Origin: Malacoraja senta | Lineage: Eukaryota | DNA length: 64,000 bases | Direction: 5' to 3' | Assembly (NCBI GenBank): GCA_038087875.1 | Contig: CM075977.1 | Coordinates: forward strand, 161,510,001 to 161,574,000 | Shown here: positions 25,493 to 36,688 of the stretch, in pieces | Layout: each line of letters starts with the position of its first letter | Numbering within the stretch: the first letter of the stretch is position 1 | Translations under genes and position numbers: made by a program | The notes under the pieces: generated by a model | The model's database searches: none | What the model saw: the letters and a program-made list of their open reading frames with translations, nothing else | What the model was told of the DNA's origin: nothing

Positions 25493-26062
25493 GATCCAAA
25501 TAAGAGCAGCTCTAACAGTTTCTCCAAGTCGCACAAATCCACGAAAGAGCACAAAGATAAACCATCTAAAGACTCAAAAGAGCACAAAAGTGCCTTCAAA
25601 GAACTTTCCAGGGAACACAGTAAAACGTCCAAAGAGCCTTCAAAGAAACCCAAAGAAAACAAACCACTAAAAGATGAGAAAACTGTTCCTAAGACGGCAT
25701 TTAAGGAACCAAAACCAATGTCGAAAGAGCCAAAATCATTGGAACACAGCATGGTAAGTGGAGGCATTCAGCAGGATGTTAAGGCTCCAATGAAGAGGCC
25801 TCCTAATACAGACACTGATGAACTTGTTGCTAAGAAGAAAAAGAAAAGCAGCTCTGAATTTTTGTTTAAAAGCTTTTCCAGTGCCTCTGCACACCCACTT
25901 CTTTCTGAAAAAAAACTCAATGACAGACCTCAAGTTAAGATGATAAAAATCCCAACGGAAAATGAAGTGATTGAGAAAAAGAAGCCAAGTTTGCCACCAT
26001 TTGAAGATATTGTAAATCCCAATTATTCTGCAATAGAAGATGATATATCTACTAAATCTGAG
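25493..26062 (+). CDS. MLLT3: MLLT3/AF9 large coding exon (exon 5 equivalent), Lys/Ser/Glu-rich disordered region with NLS
   Basis: cgcAG|GATCCAAAT...TCTGAG|GTaggt, 570 bp open frame. DPNKSSSNSFSKSHK...KEHKSAFKE...KKPKENKPLK...AFKEPKPMSKEPK...AKKKKKSSSEFLFKSFSSA...LPPFEDIV...TKSE is colinear with human AF9. Confidence 0.96.
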
Positions 26063-26849
26063 GTAGGTGCACATTTAAGATTATAGTGGCAGCGGAGCAT
26101 CTATGGCTAAATAATAATTCCCTTAAAATGGTCATCCTAGAATTTTATATTCTATTACATCAAAGTTGTTTCAAAATGTAGCGATGGTAAGTTTGATAAG
26201 GGTGATTTTTGATAAATTGAAAAATAGATGTAATACGAAACACATTATCTAGAAAAGAAATGAGAGGAGGAAGAGGAAAAAAACATGTTGGTGGTTCGTG
26301 CCTGATGGTGGATCAGAGGAGCGAGTCACATCATATGTTTCTTGTCCCGCACTTGCCCGAGGGGTTGTGAGCTGCCTTCCTGAAGTGCTGTCTTGTATGG
26401 TGATGAATGTACAGCCACAGTGCTTTTGAGCAGGGCAATTTCCCAATTTTGGGCCAGCAGTGACAAAGTATTTCAGTTATGATAGTATGCATGGGAAGCA
26501 TACCTAGGAAACTAGCAGATGATGGTATCCCATGCCCCCTTCTTACCAGGAAATGAAGAGCATGTGTTTTGCAGAATTATTATTGAAAGTGATCTCTTTC
26601 AGTTGTTGCTGTAGATTGTGTGTATGTTGACAGTAGAGGTGGATGGGATGCCAGTCAAGCAAGCAGCTTTGTGTGGTCATATTAAATTTGGTTACTGTTG
26701 GAATTGCACTGATTTTGACAAATGGAAGCCTTGGCAGCTGAGGATGGGGCTGCAAATGTTTGAGTGCATTGCATGAAATATCAGATGTTATCCTTCAGCT
26801 TTTTTGCTTTTTTTGGAGAATATATTTGCAGGAGGAATTCATTGCATGA

Positions 26850-26980
26850 TTCTTCTTCTTGCATATGGCGTGCACAGCTTAAAGTTGTGGGACAACTTGT
26901 TCTATTTGATCTTATTTGATTGTGCACGCTGGGTTGATTGCATTCGTCGAAACAGGGTGAAGGTTGCAATCTTCCACCCC
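26850..26980 (-). mobile_element. 131-bp non-autonomous retroposon with HDV-ribozyme-like 5' domain and (GAA)n tail, probably mobilised by an Ingi/Vingi LINE
   Basis: TSD attgcatga at 26841-26849 and 26981-26989. Minus strand starts GGGGTGG-AA-GATTGCA-ACC-TTCAC-CCT-G-TTTCGA-CGAA-TGCAATC and ends GCAAGAAGAAGAA. Confidence 0.8.
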
Positions 26981-29900
26981 ATTGCATGACTGATGTAATG
27001 CATTATTGTTTATTAAATTGCTCTTAATTATGTTGTTGGTATCATTGTCGAAAGACTTCTCATGCATCATATTATTCAATTTAATGGAGCTTAATAATGT
27101 AAAGAATGTAGGAGGGAGCAAGTAAGTGACTTAATGTTAATAGGAACAACCATAATTCAAATGGGGGCACATAAACTGAGATAATGTGAGACCACACTTT
27201 GTTTGAAATGTTTTTCTGGCTATTTTTTTTATAAATCCCAGCCGACGGATCATGTTTTCATTCCCATGAAGGGAATTGTACCAGCTTGGTATACTGCCAA
27301 CAAAGTTGTATTTTCTGCAAGCGCCCTGAGGTAAAGATGAAAAGTATTAAATGTTTCAAAGTAGTGTGGTGTGCGTGATTCAATAGAGTTTCTGAATGTA
27401 GACCTTGACACAGATAGCTTACTGATAGACAGACAAATTCCAGTGACTTTTCTCCAGTCTCAGACCCTATAACTTGAATCCTTGTGACTTTGTTGTATTA
27501 GTCATTCACCTAACTGAAATCCTGCCTGGATAATAAAGTCAGTGGGTGAAGTGTTTTATCTGTTCAGTGAGTTCACAATGCCATTAAATGAATTCTGGAA
27601 CATGGTGTTCTTTTGCTGATTGAAGGTTTAACTCAGAAGTGTAAGAATGAATTGTAAATGAGGAATTTGAACGCTTTGGGCAGTGAAATTGTGTCTGTTG
27701 CATAAGATGGTCTTTGAGTTGGTGGGGGGGAGTGGATATTCAGGGTTCCTTTCCCAACCTTTCCACAAAATCAGGCATGCCAAAGGGTGGGCCAAGGGTT
27801 AACGTATCAAATATGTGAGCCAGAGACATAGTTTGCAATGACTGAGCCAACTTGCAGTTTATTGCGACGGGTTTCAATGTCTGAATAACCTGCTCTGGAG
27901 AGACTGATTCATGATACCATAAGGCTTAGTTCCTCGGATTTCGGCACCCATTTCAATTTATTTGTTGGCTGAGTTTCCTAGTGCTTGGGAAACCTGGCAG
28001 GCAAATGGACGGGGAGTGGTTGGATCCTGCACTTAGTGCTTTTTAGAGAAGCCCCACTCCTTTTAACAAAGAGCTATATTCAGCCAATTTTGCTCCAAAC
28101 CAGTGAACCCAAGCATACCTCCCCGTGGTCTCTTTGTTCCAGTCCTTGCCTACCACCCGTCCTTGGTGCCTGAACTACTTTGGTTGCTGTGGTTAGTTTC
28201 CCTTCTGTCCCCTCTCCCGTGGCTGCAAATGCTGTGTTTTTTGTTGTTGTTTGGCATTTAGCCAGCCTCTCAAACTGCTCAGCTGCTCAGGAAGGGGTTA
28301 GACTAAAATGTCAAAAATGAACTTTTCTGTCCATTATAAATGGCACAGTGCCACTAGGATACTGGTGGTACTTCCCTCACCACACACCCGCAATGTTGGC
28401 ATCTCTATAAAATATTAGGAGTGGGATTGTCCGAGTCTAGTTTTGGTGGGAAATCTTTTGAATCACCAAATATAATAAAACTGCTTCAAGACAGTTAAAT
28501 TTATTTTTGAGCTTTAGACTTGAATCACAGTTCCTTTTCCTTTTTAGAGGTGCACATTGATTTGTGTAGTGGTCTCTGAAGGAGTTGCTGTGGAACAAGT
28601 CATTTAAGCGCTTCATTTAATTATGAACTTACTGGCTTTGTATGTAGATGAGTTATTTGTGGTTGTATTTGGAGTGCTAACTTGAGACGAAAACATAGTG
28701 TTTGGTTTTCAGCAGGGCCAGGTTGAATGAGATATTCCACACAGTAGTGCTCTGTAGTCTGTTGAAATAATGTCAGCTGGTCACTTATACCAGGAGGTAC
28801 AAATTAATAAAGGTAAAAGGTTGTTGTAAGATTTTTTTAAAGTTGAATGGCGCAAAATATTGACAATCTTCGAAGTTCTCTGAAAATGCAACAATGAAAT
28901 TTGAGTCTGAATGATTAAATAAGAAATTATAAACCATTTTACGCTAGCATGGCATATTGGCTGCAAATTTACACGAACAATTATGTTTAAACCCATTTTT
29001 GTAAAAAATCTGTTATGTATTTGCCTATATATTCTACAGCTATACATACATATTTTGGTTCTATGCTATTCAGAATCACATGTACATTTACAAAATTTCC
29101 CCAATAGTAGTGAAGGAAATAACCTGAAATGGGATATATTTTGTTAGGAAGTGCAATGTAGATATGCCATCTTTTGTCAGTATTACTTTGATCGATGGAT
29201 TTCTTGTTATTTCCTGTTTCCCATCACAGCCCACCTCTCCTGCTTTTGGTTGTAAAATTGTAGAGCTGCTGAATTTCTTTCCAAAAGGAAGTTGAGTAAA
29301 GCTGCCTATTCCATATTAGACACAGACGAAGCCTGGGAGTGAGCCATTGTCATGTTCACATTTTTTAACTAGCAAGGTGATCCTAGGAAGGGCACAAAGA
29401 AAATAAATAGTAATAGACGTAAAGCAAAGGATATCTCGATCTTTTTATTTGAAGATTTGATCCAAAATGCCATCCAGAATTTGTTTATGATTTTTGTTGT
29501 TCATGCTTAACTGGTAGTTGTAATGCTATACTCGAGCAATAAGCTTATCTTTTTAGCAGGTGTTGCAATAGAGCACCAAATATGTAATGCCCCTGTCCCA
29601 CTTAGGAAACCTGAACGGAAACCTCTGGAGACCTTGTGCCCCACCCAAGGTTTCCGTGAGGTTCCCGGAGGTTTTGGTCACTCTCCCTAATGGTCGAAAA
29701 TGGTTTCCGCATAGTCGAGGCTTCTATATTCCTGCGATTATTTCAACAAAACCAAAACCGGCCATGACTAAAAATAGGTTGCCGTTTGGTTGAAGCCAGT
29801 GGAGTGGGGTTGCTATTTACTTACAGGCAGTCAAAGGCAATCTCCTTCGCTGACCGGCCATTTTGATTGGCTCATTGGAGTTTTCAGCAAAGATCCTGTA

Positions 29901-29985
29901 GGATCTTTGGTTTTCAGGACCTAGAAGATCCGCCGGAAGGTAAAATGCCCGTTAACTTTATAAAACATCTTAAAACTGTCTCCAC

Positions 29986-30130
29986 TCCTTCTCCCCCCCC
30001 CTTCTCCCCCCCCTTCTCTCCCCCCTTCTCTCTCCCCTTCTCTCACCCCTTCTCTCTCCCCTTCTCTCTCCCCTTCTCCCCCCTTTCTCTCCCCCCCTTT
30101 CTCTCCGTCCTTCTTTCCCCTTCTCTCCCG
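29986..30130 (+). repeat. Polypyrimidine minisatellite (TTCTCTCTCCCC)n inside the MITE
   Basis: About ten degenerate 12-bp units. Confidence 0.9.
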
Positions 30131-30179
30131 CGCTCTCTAAAGGACTTACCTCCGCTGTCTCTGGTCCCCACCTTCGCGA

Positions 30180-30217
<38 letters not shown>
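30180..30217 (+). repeat. (GT)n microsatellite
   Basis: Directly visible. Confidence 0.95.
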
Positions 30218-30219
<2 letters not shown>

Positions 30220-30471
30220 GTCGGTAGCAAAGATCCTGTTGGATCTTTGGTCAGTTGATGCAGCTCACGCTTCGGTCGAGATTTCCAGGCAAGTGACCAA
30301 AACCCCTGGTTATGGAAACCTTGGGTGGGGCGCAAGGTCTCCAGAGGTTTCCGTTCAGGTTTCCTAAGTGGGACAGGGGCATAACCTTTGCAAAACTCCT
30401 AGGGAAAACGGTGGCAGAAGATGAGGATGTGTCAAATTGATTCTGGTTAATCAGTTAGATAATATGTAACG

Positions 30472-30893
30472 TGTAAGATGGAACTGCAGATGCTGGTTTA
30501 AACTGAAGATAGACACAAAGCTGGAGTAACTCAGCGGGACAGGCAGCATCTCTGGAGAGAAGGAATGGGTGACGTTTCAGGTCGAGACCCTTCTTCAGAC
30601 TGGTTACGGATAAGGGAAACAAGAGATATAGACGGTGATGTGGAGACATAAAGAACAATGAATGAAAGAAATGCAAAAAAGTAATGATGATAAGGGAAAC
30701 AGGCCATTGTAAGCTGTTTGTAGGGTTAAAATGAGAAGCTAGTGCGACTTCTCCACATCACCGTCTATATCTCTTGTTTCCCTTATCCCTAACCAGTCTG
30801 AAGAAGGGTCTCGATCCAAAACGCCACCCATTCCTTCTCTCCAGAGATGCTGCCTGTCCCGCTGAGTTACTCCAGCTTTTTGTGTCTATCTTT
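30472..30893. mobile_element. Penelope-derived inverted-repeat mini-element with 14-bp TSD
   Basis: ~140-bp inverted arms 30506-30646 / 30750-30892. TSD gatRatatgtaacg at 30458-30471 and 30894-30907. Confidence 0.9.
30571..30598 (-). ncRNA. Minimal type I hammerhead ribozyme-like core (Penelope-associated)
   Basis: CTGAAGA-A-GGGTC-TC-GACCT-GAAA-CG-TC with palindromic ACGT in place of helix III. Helix I is only about 2 bp, so activity is unproven. Confidence 0.6.
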
Positions 30894-31147
30894 GATGATA
30901 TGTAACGGTTGAAACATCAAAGGAGTGATTTGACTCCTGTCCTTGAGAATAAGGTTGAATGTTTTTTAACTTGAAAAGCTATTGCGAACCGAAACCATGT
31001 TTGGACAGCTTAGTAGGCTTCCTATTTGATGATTGTTCAACTGCTGTCATTTAACATAAAATTCTAAATATGACTTCCTTCAAATTTAATTCAATGCCTT
31101 CTAGGCTTTTTCGCTTGATCTATTCGCACAGCCTATGATAGAGAAGA

Positions 31148-31348
31148 TAGACAAAAAATGCCGGAGTAACTCAGCGGGACAGGCAGCATCTCTGCAGAGA
31201 AGGAATGGCTGACCTTTTCTGGTCGAGACCACGACCCGAAATGTCGCCCATTCCTTCTCTCCAGGCATGCTGCCTGTCCCGCTGCGTTGCTCCAGCATTT
31301 TGTGGCTATCTTCGGTGTAAATCAGCATCTGTTGTTCCTGCCTACACA
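31148..31348. mobile_element. Palindromic Penelope-derived mini-element with 15-bp TSD
   Basis: Inverted arms centred near 31230. TSD ctatgaYagagaaga at 31133-31147 and 31349-31363. Confidence 0.88.
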
Positions 31349-31364
31349 CTATGACAGAGAAGAC

Positions 31365-31560
31365 TAAGCTATTAAACATTACTAAACACTGTACTAAATG
31401 TTATTCCTTGCACTAAACGTTATTCACATTATTTCCTTTATCATGTATCTGTACACTGTGAATGGCTCAATTGTTATCATGTATCGTCTTCCCGATGACT
31501 GCTTAGCACGTCACTTTTCACCTGTACCTCGGTGCACGTGACAATAAACTAAATTCAAAC
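31365..31560 (+). mobile_element. Rex/Babar-type LINE 3' tail
   Basis: ...cttttcacctgtacctcggtgcacgtgacaataaactaaa, a stem-loop plus AATAAA tail. Confidence 0.6.
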
Positions 31561-31580
31561 ATTCCAGGCTACTGTTAAAG

Positions 31581-31605
31581 GTGTGTGTGTGTGTGTGTGT
31601 GTGTG
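31581..31605 (+). repeat. (GT)n microsatellite
   Basis: Directly visible. Confidence 0.95.
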
Positions 31606-33912
31606 AGAAGCTGATGTTTCTGGATGGAGCAAGCAGTATGACTTGAATACTTGTATCAATTTTGGAGTAAGCTTTAAGCAGAGTTTGATTATTGGACGAT
31701 GAATTTCAGCTTACCACAATTTGTTGGTTCAGTCTCTAGTTTAATTCAACAAAGCTTGCGATGGTAAATCTAGCTGTGCGTTTCTCGATGCATCTTATCA
31801 ATTCCATTCACGCCGTCCAGAGGAGAAACAGAATACTCCTTATTTTCAGATGTTGTATTTATTCACTAAATATTCTTCTTTCATAAATTGGTACACTATC
31901 TATTCATACTTCATTTATACAGTTTAAGCAGAGGTTTTTTTTTCCACGTGTATTGGATCAACAATACTGCTCACAATGTTTTAACTCCTATATTTCTGAC
32001 CACATTGTAGTATTAATGTTACATCGGAAGCATCAGGTTCAAAGACACCAGAGGCAATTTCTATCTGCTGACTCTGCTTAAACGACATTAAATTTTTTGT
32101 CAGAATAATATTGAATTTCAAGTCACTCTCTTGGTGATTTGTGTTTCATACATGGTATATTATATTTAAAGTTTCTGCACAAAAAGCTCAAATCTGTGCT
32201 AGCTATGTATGTAAAGAACAGTGGGCTGTACAAATGGCTCATATGAAACCTGAATTAGAAATCTTAATTTCTGTTCTCCAGCAAGCAGCTGTATTCTTTT
32301 ATAAAAGCGAGAAACCAAATTAACGCTCTAACCCTCTTTTATGCTGGATACCACCAATGTTGCACAAAAATAGAAAAGATCAAAGAAAATGAGGCAATGT
32401 GATTTTAATTGGTGACTTGGGCTTTGAAGGATGACGACAGGAAGTTAAATTAGAGAGGGAGCTTCCCCAGTTTGAGGTTCTGAAAAAGCATGTTGAAGAA
32501 GCATGGACATTATTTGAACATCGTGGTAATATAAGGAAGGAGACTGCTGTTGAAAGGAGCAAGAAAGGTCTTGCGGGCACTGCGCACAGTAGTGGTGTAG
32601 TACAGGTGTGTAAATTTAAGATCAAGGAAATGATTGCCTATCAGATGCCAAATCTTTTCTGCAGTACAGTTTGTTTGCATGACATAATTAAAATGGCCAT
32701 TTCTACACTTCCAAATAGTTCCAAAGCCACAGCTCTCTAAAGAACTAATTATTGGTGTTTGGGTTTTAAAAGAATAAACCAAAATCCAACCGCCACTTAG
32801 ACAATGAACTTTATTGGTATGTTAAACAGCTCTTTCTACTCTTTTTGCAAGTTGTGCATTTCAACTCAACCTTGAATTTCACATAAGGTGAAAGAAATTG
32901 AATGACTGAGCTTTCTCCTCCTTTGTTTTAGCAGTAATGTATCCACATGCTTTTAACACCATTCAGCTCAATATAAGATGGCGCCAGTAAGTGGCAACAT
33001 TTTTGCAATCTCTGGCAATGATACATCTATACTGGGTGAAATCAATGCCTTTGAGCAAGTTTCACGAAGGGATTTTATTCCCCCCCCAACTCCCGCTGGT
33101 TTTATCACATCTCAGTGGCAGAATTCAGATCTGGTTTCATGAGGGTAAACTCTCAGAAAGCAGCCGGCCCAGATGGAATCCATGGATGGTTTCTGAAATT
33201 AGGCAACAATCAACTGGCCACATTCTTTGCTGACATTTTCAGTGTATCATCTCAACAGTCTAGTGTCACCATCTGCTTCAAGGCAATCTCCATCATTCCA
33301 GACGCCAAGAAAAATAAGTGACCTGTCTCAATGACTAGCACCCAGTAGCTAACATTGATTTGAAAGATTGGCCCACATCAGCACCAGCTCCCGGGCAATG
33401 AAGACACCCTCCAATTTGCATGCATGAAACGCAGGTCTACAGAGGATGTCATGTCTCTTGCACTGCATTCAGAAATAGTTATCCTTGACAACAAAAACAC
33501 TCATCTCGGGATGCTATTCACTGACTGCAACTCAGCCTTCAACACCATAAAGCTGGCGAAGCTCAACTCTTAACTTCTGCACCTTGGTCTTGGGGCCTCA
33601 ATCTGCAACTGGCTTCTGGAGTTCCTGACCGGCAGACCTCGGTCAATTAGAATTGGTCATAGCATTTCTTCCATCCTGACCCTCCTTGAGATTGGTGCTC
33701 AGTCCACTGCTCGACCTCATGAACATCCATGATTGAGTGGCCAATTATCGCAATAACTAGATTTTTTTTGCATTCACCAATGATACTTCTGTTATCTACA
33801 GGATCAACAACATTGAGGAGACAGAGTACACAAAGGTCATCAGGAATGTTATCTCATGGTGTCCATACAACAACCTAACCCTTAACATCAGCAAGACGAA
33901 AGACTTGGTTGT

Positions 33913-34548
33913 TTTAGTCATACAGAACAGACATTGGCCCTCTGTGAAAAGGTTGCCTCTCTGGTTCATGTTAAATAATCCCCCCCCCCCCTCACCTTAA
34001 ACCTATGTCTGGTTCTTAATTCCCATACTCTGGGTAAAATATTCTGTGCATTCACCCTATCTATTCTCCCCATGATTTTATGCACCTCTACAAGATCACA
34101 CCTCAGCCTCCTGTGCTCGAAGGAATAAAATCCTTTCCCTGCCTACATATAGCTCAGGCCAACAAGTACTGGTGACATCTTTGTAAATCTTTTCTACACC
34201 ATTTCTAGCTAAATGGCATCTTTCCTATAGCAGGGTGACCAAAACTGAACACAATATACCAAGTGTGGCCTCACCAGCATCTTGTACTGTTATAACATGT
34301 CTCAATTTCTATCCTCAATTTCTTGACTGATGAAGGCCAGCATGCCAAAAGCCTCCTTCACCACCCAATCTGTCTGATGTTACTTTTAAGGAACTGTGCC
34401 CTTGTACTCCTAGATCCTTTTGCTCTGCAACACTCCCAAGGACACCAACCTTCACTGTAAAAGTCCTGCCCTAGTTTGACTTCCCAGATTGTTACACATC
34501 ACACTTATCTAGATTAAACTCCATTGGCCACTCCTCAGCACACATTGA
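33913..34548 (-). mobile_element. CR1 LINE 3' fragment nested in Rex
   Basis: Colinear with the minus-strand CR1 at 16000-16600. Confidence 0.85.
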
Positions 34549-34570
34549 CCTAATACAGTGGGAGAGGGGT

Positions 34571-34869
34571 CTTCTTCTTCTTCTTGTTCTTCTTTTCATG
34601 TCTTTGAAGCTGGTTGGCTATATGACAGTTTCCCATTCCTTTACACAGTCCTTTGCGTTTGTATTGAACACTGCAAGATCCTTTCAGCTGCACTGGTTGG
34701 GTAGTAGGGGGCAGACAAGGCAGTGCTGCATTGTGTGGTCCTCTTCTCCACATTCACAGGTGGTTTGGCCAGTTTCATAGCCCCATCTGGCCATGGCATC
34801 TTTTGATCGCCCTGTTCCTGTTCTCAGGCGGTTGAGCATCTTCCACTGGACCCATGGTGCTTCTGAGGG
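34571..34869 (-). mobile_element. Vingi/Ingi-like non-LTR retrotransposon 3' end
   Basis: PWVQWKMLNRLRTGTGRSKDAMARWGYETGQTTCECGEEDHTMQHCLVCP (CCHC finger) and a (GAA)n tail. Direct repeat gtgggagaggggt at 34558-34570 and 34870-34882. Confidence 0.78.
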
Positions 34870-36511
34870 GTGGGAGAGGGGTGAACACAACACTGTCCTC
34901 ATCAATGGAGCTACTGTGAAGATGGCTGATATCTTCAAGTTCCTTGGCATCCATAGCACCAGAAACCTAATCTGGTCCTCCCACACTGATGGTCTGATCA
35001 GCGTATTTACTTTCTTCAGTATCTGAGAAGATTCAGCATGCCCTTTCAAACTTCTACAGATGTGCTCGTCTGAAGTTTTGTATCTCAGCCTGGTAGGGCA
35101 ACTGCTCTGCTCTTGGCCGTCTGAAGATAGTGATGAACGTGGCCCAGTCCATCACAGTCTTGTCACTTTTTGCCATCCAGTCCATCGTCATGAAGGTTGG
35201 AAGTATCGTCATTGGTGCCTGTCACCCTGGCCATTTGCTATTCTTTCTTCTACCTTCCAGAAGAAGATACAGGAGATTGAAAGCACAGTTGTCCAGACCA
35301 GAGTACAGCTTCTCCTCCACTGCTGTTAGACTTGTGAACCAATCATGTACTTCACACCTCCTTCCCAGAGGTGCTGCCACGTACTATTACTCTTATCTCC
35401 TTCGTATTCCTTATTGCACTTGAATTCTTTTGCACTACAATCTTGCCCATTCTGCTGTTTTGCACTTGTGTTTATTGTATTTAACATTGTTGTAGGTGTA
35501 CTGTTTAATCTGAGCTTCATACGAGTAAGCTATTTGCACCCTGTTGTATATGACTATAAACTAATCTGAATAAGAAGCTTGTTTTAAGAGAACATGGGTG
35601 ATTGCTTTTGGGGTGAGTTGGAGCTGCTTAATCTTTAGCCTGGTTCCTGGCTGATCTTCACACAGTAAAGGGCAACCAGAAAGCGTAAATCCACAGAAAA
35701 AAAATGCTGTCAAGAGTTTAGCTGTTCTCTTCTATCCCTGTGCTATAACTTGGCAAATGATCTCACTCTTGCCCAATCATTTTGCTGCTACAATTTTTTT
35801 TCCAAAATCTCTGAAGCAGGACTATTGTCCCCTTCAGTAGATTTTAGAGTTGTTATATTCCCTGATGTACACAGAAAAATAGGCACGAAATTGGGTGCAA
35901 TGCCAGGGGTTGTTGCGGGGAGGGGGGTGGGTGTGGGATGGTGCAGCGTGCATCCCAATATTCTGCTGGCTTTATTAACCATTTTAATGAGGTGGCTGTT
36001 AAACAGCAAGGAGCAACTCTGAACTTGTGCGCTCTTGTCCTCTCCACCACTGTCTCAGAGGGAGGGTTTTGATGGGTGGAGTTCTCTTTTAAATAAAATA
36101 ATTATATTTCTTGTGATAAAGTTGACAAAATAAAAACTAGTTCTCCACATGATCTTTGAATTGCTGCTTGCAAGAAGTTTTAAAATTTGAGTTGTGGTCT
36201 GAGGATTATTCTGTCTTGATATCACTGACTGCACGTAGACGAAAGATCGCTGTTGCAGCTGCACAGACAGAAATGCAGCTTTTTAAGGATGTGGTCAGGC
36301 TTTAAATGTTACGAATGACTGCAACATTGATTCTTTAATCCTCTGAAGCCAGTTACCAGATAAATAGAGGGTAGAGAAATAGAGGCGTTTTCTAATTTCC
36401 TATGCAGAGAAATTGTGCAAGCAGTTGTTAATTTCACCATTGTCCTCGTACCATATTTACTGTGACAGAGCTTTTTTCGTTTTATGCAGTTGCCATTTCT
36501 GTTCTTTCTGC

Positions 36512-36688
36512 GATTCACAGTAATATTTGTGAACAATCTAATTTGACTTTGCTTTTCTGTAATTGCATAGTCTTAAAAACAGCATGTAGCTAATTGATCA
36601 ATTTGACTGCCTTGATTTTGAATTAATTTCCTATTAATTTATCTTTTGATGGTATTAATAACAGAGCTGACTTTTGAATACTGGTGCA
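36512..36688 (+). repeat. Copy A of a diverged ~170-bp non-coding duplication (candidate enhancer module)
   Basis: Aligns with 38186-38351. The 30-bp core TAAAAACAGCATGTAGCTAATTGATCAATT is identical. Confidence 0.85.

Larger units (their letters stand above)
29588..30381. mobile_element. PIF/Harbinger-type MITE, 794 bp
   Basis: ~68-bp TIRs with one mismatch (TGCCCCTGTCCCACTTAGGAAACCTGAACGGAAACC...). TAA TSD at 29585-29587 and 30382-30384. Confidence 0.92.
33110..35572 (+). mobile_element. Degenerate Rex1/Babar LINE (RT to 3' end) hosting nested CR1 and Vingi-like insertions
   Basis: KAAGPDGIHG...QLATFFADIFS.S.QQSSV..CFK...IIP..KK; SAFNTI; NNLTLNISKTK; then resumes after 34882 with INGATVK..FKFLGIH...L.WSSH and the 3' UTR. 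Confidence 0.88.

Noticed and set aside
25450-26074. Minus-strand ORFs of 105 and 112 aa
   Set aside because: Antisense shadows of the A-rich MLLT3 exon.
27700-28300. Moderately GC-rich unclassified segment (also 21200-21600 and 18265-18525)
   Set aside because: Probably old TE remnants, but no termini, TSD or protein motif could be supported.
29867-30367. 166-aa PFS-repeat ORF and 121-aa RRGE-repeat ORF
   Set aside because: Translations of the 12-bp minisatellite and GT repeat inside a MITE.
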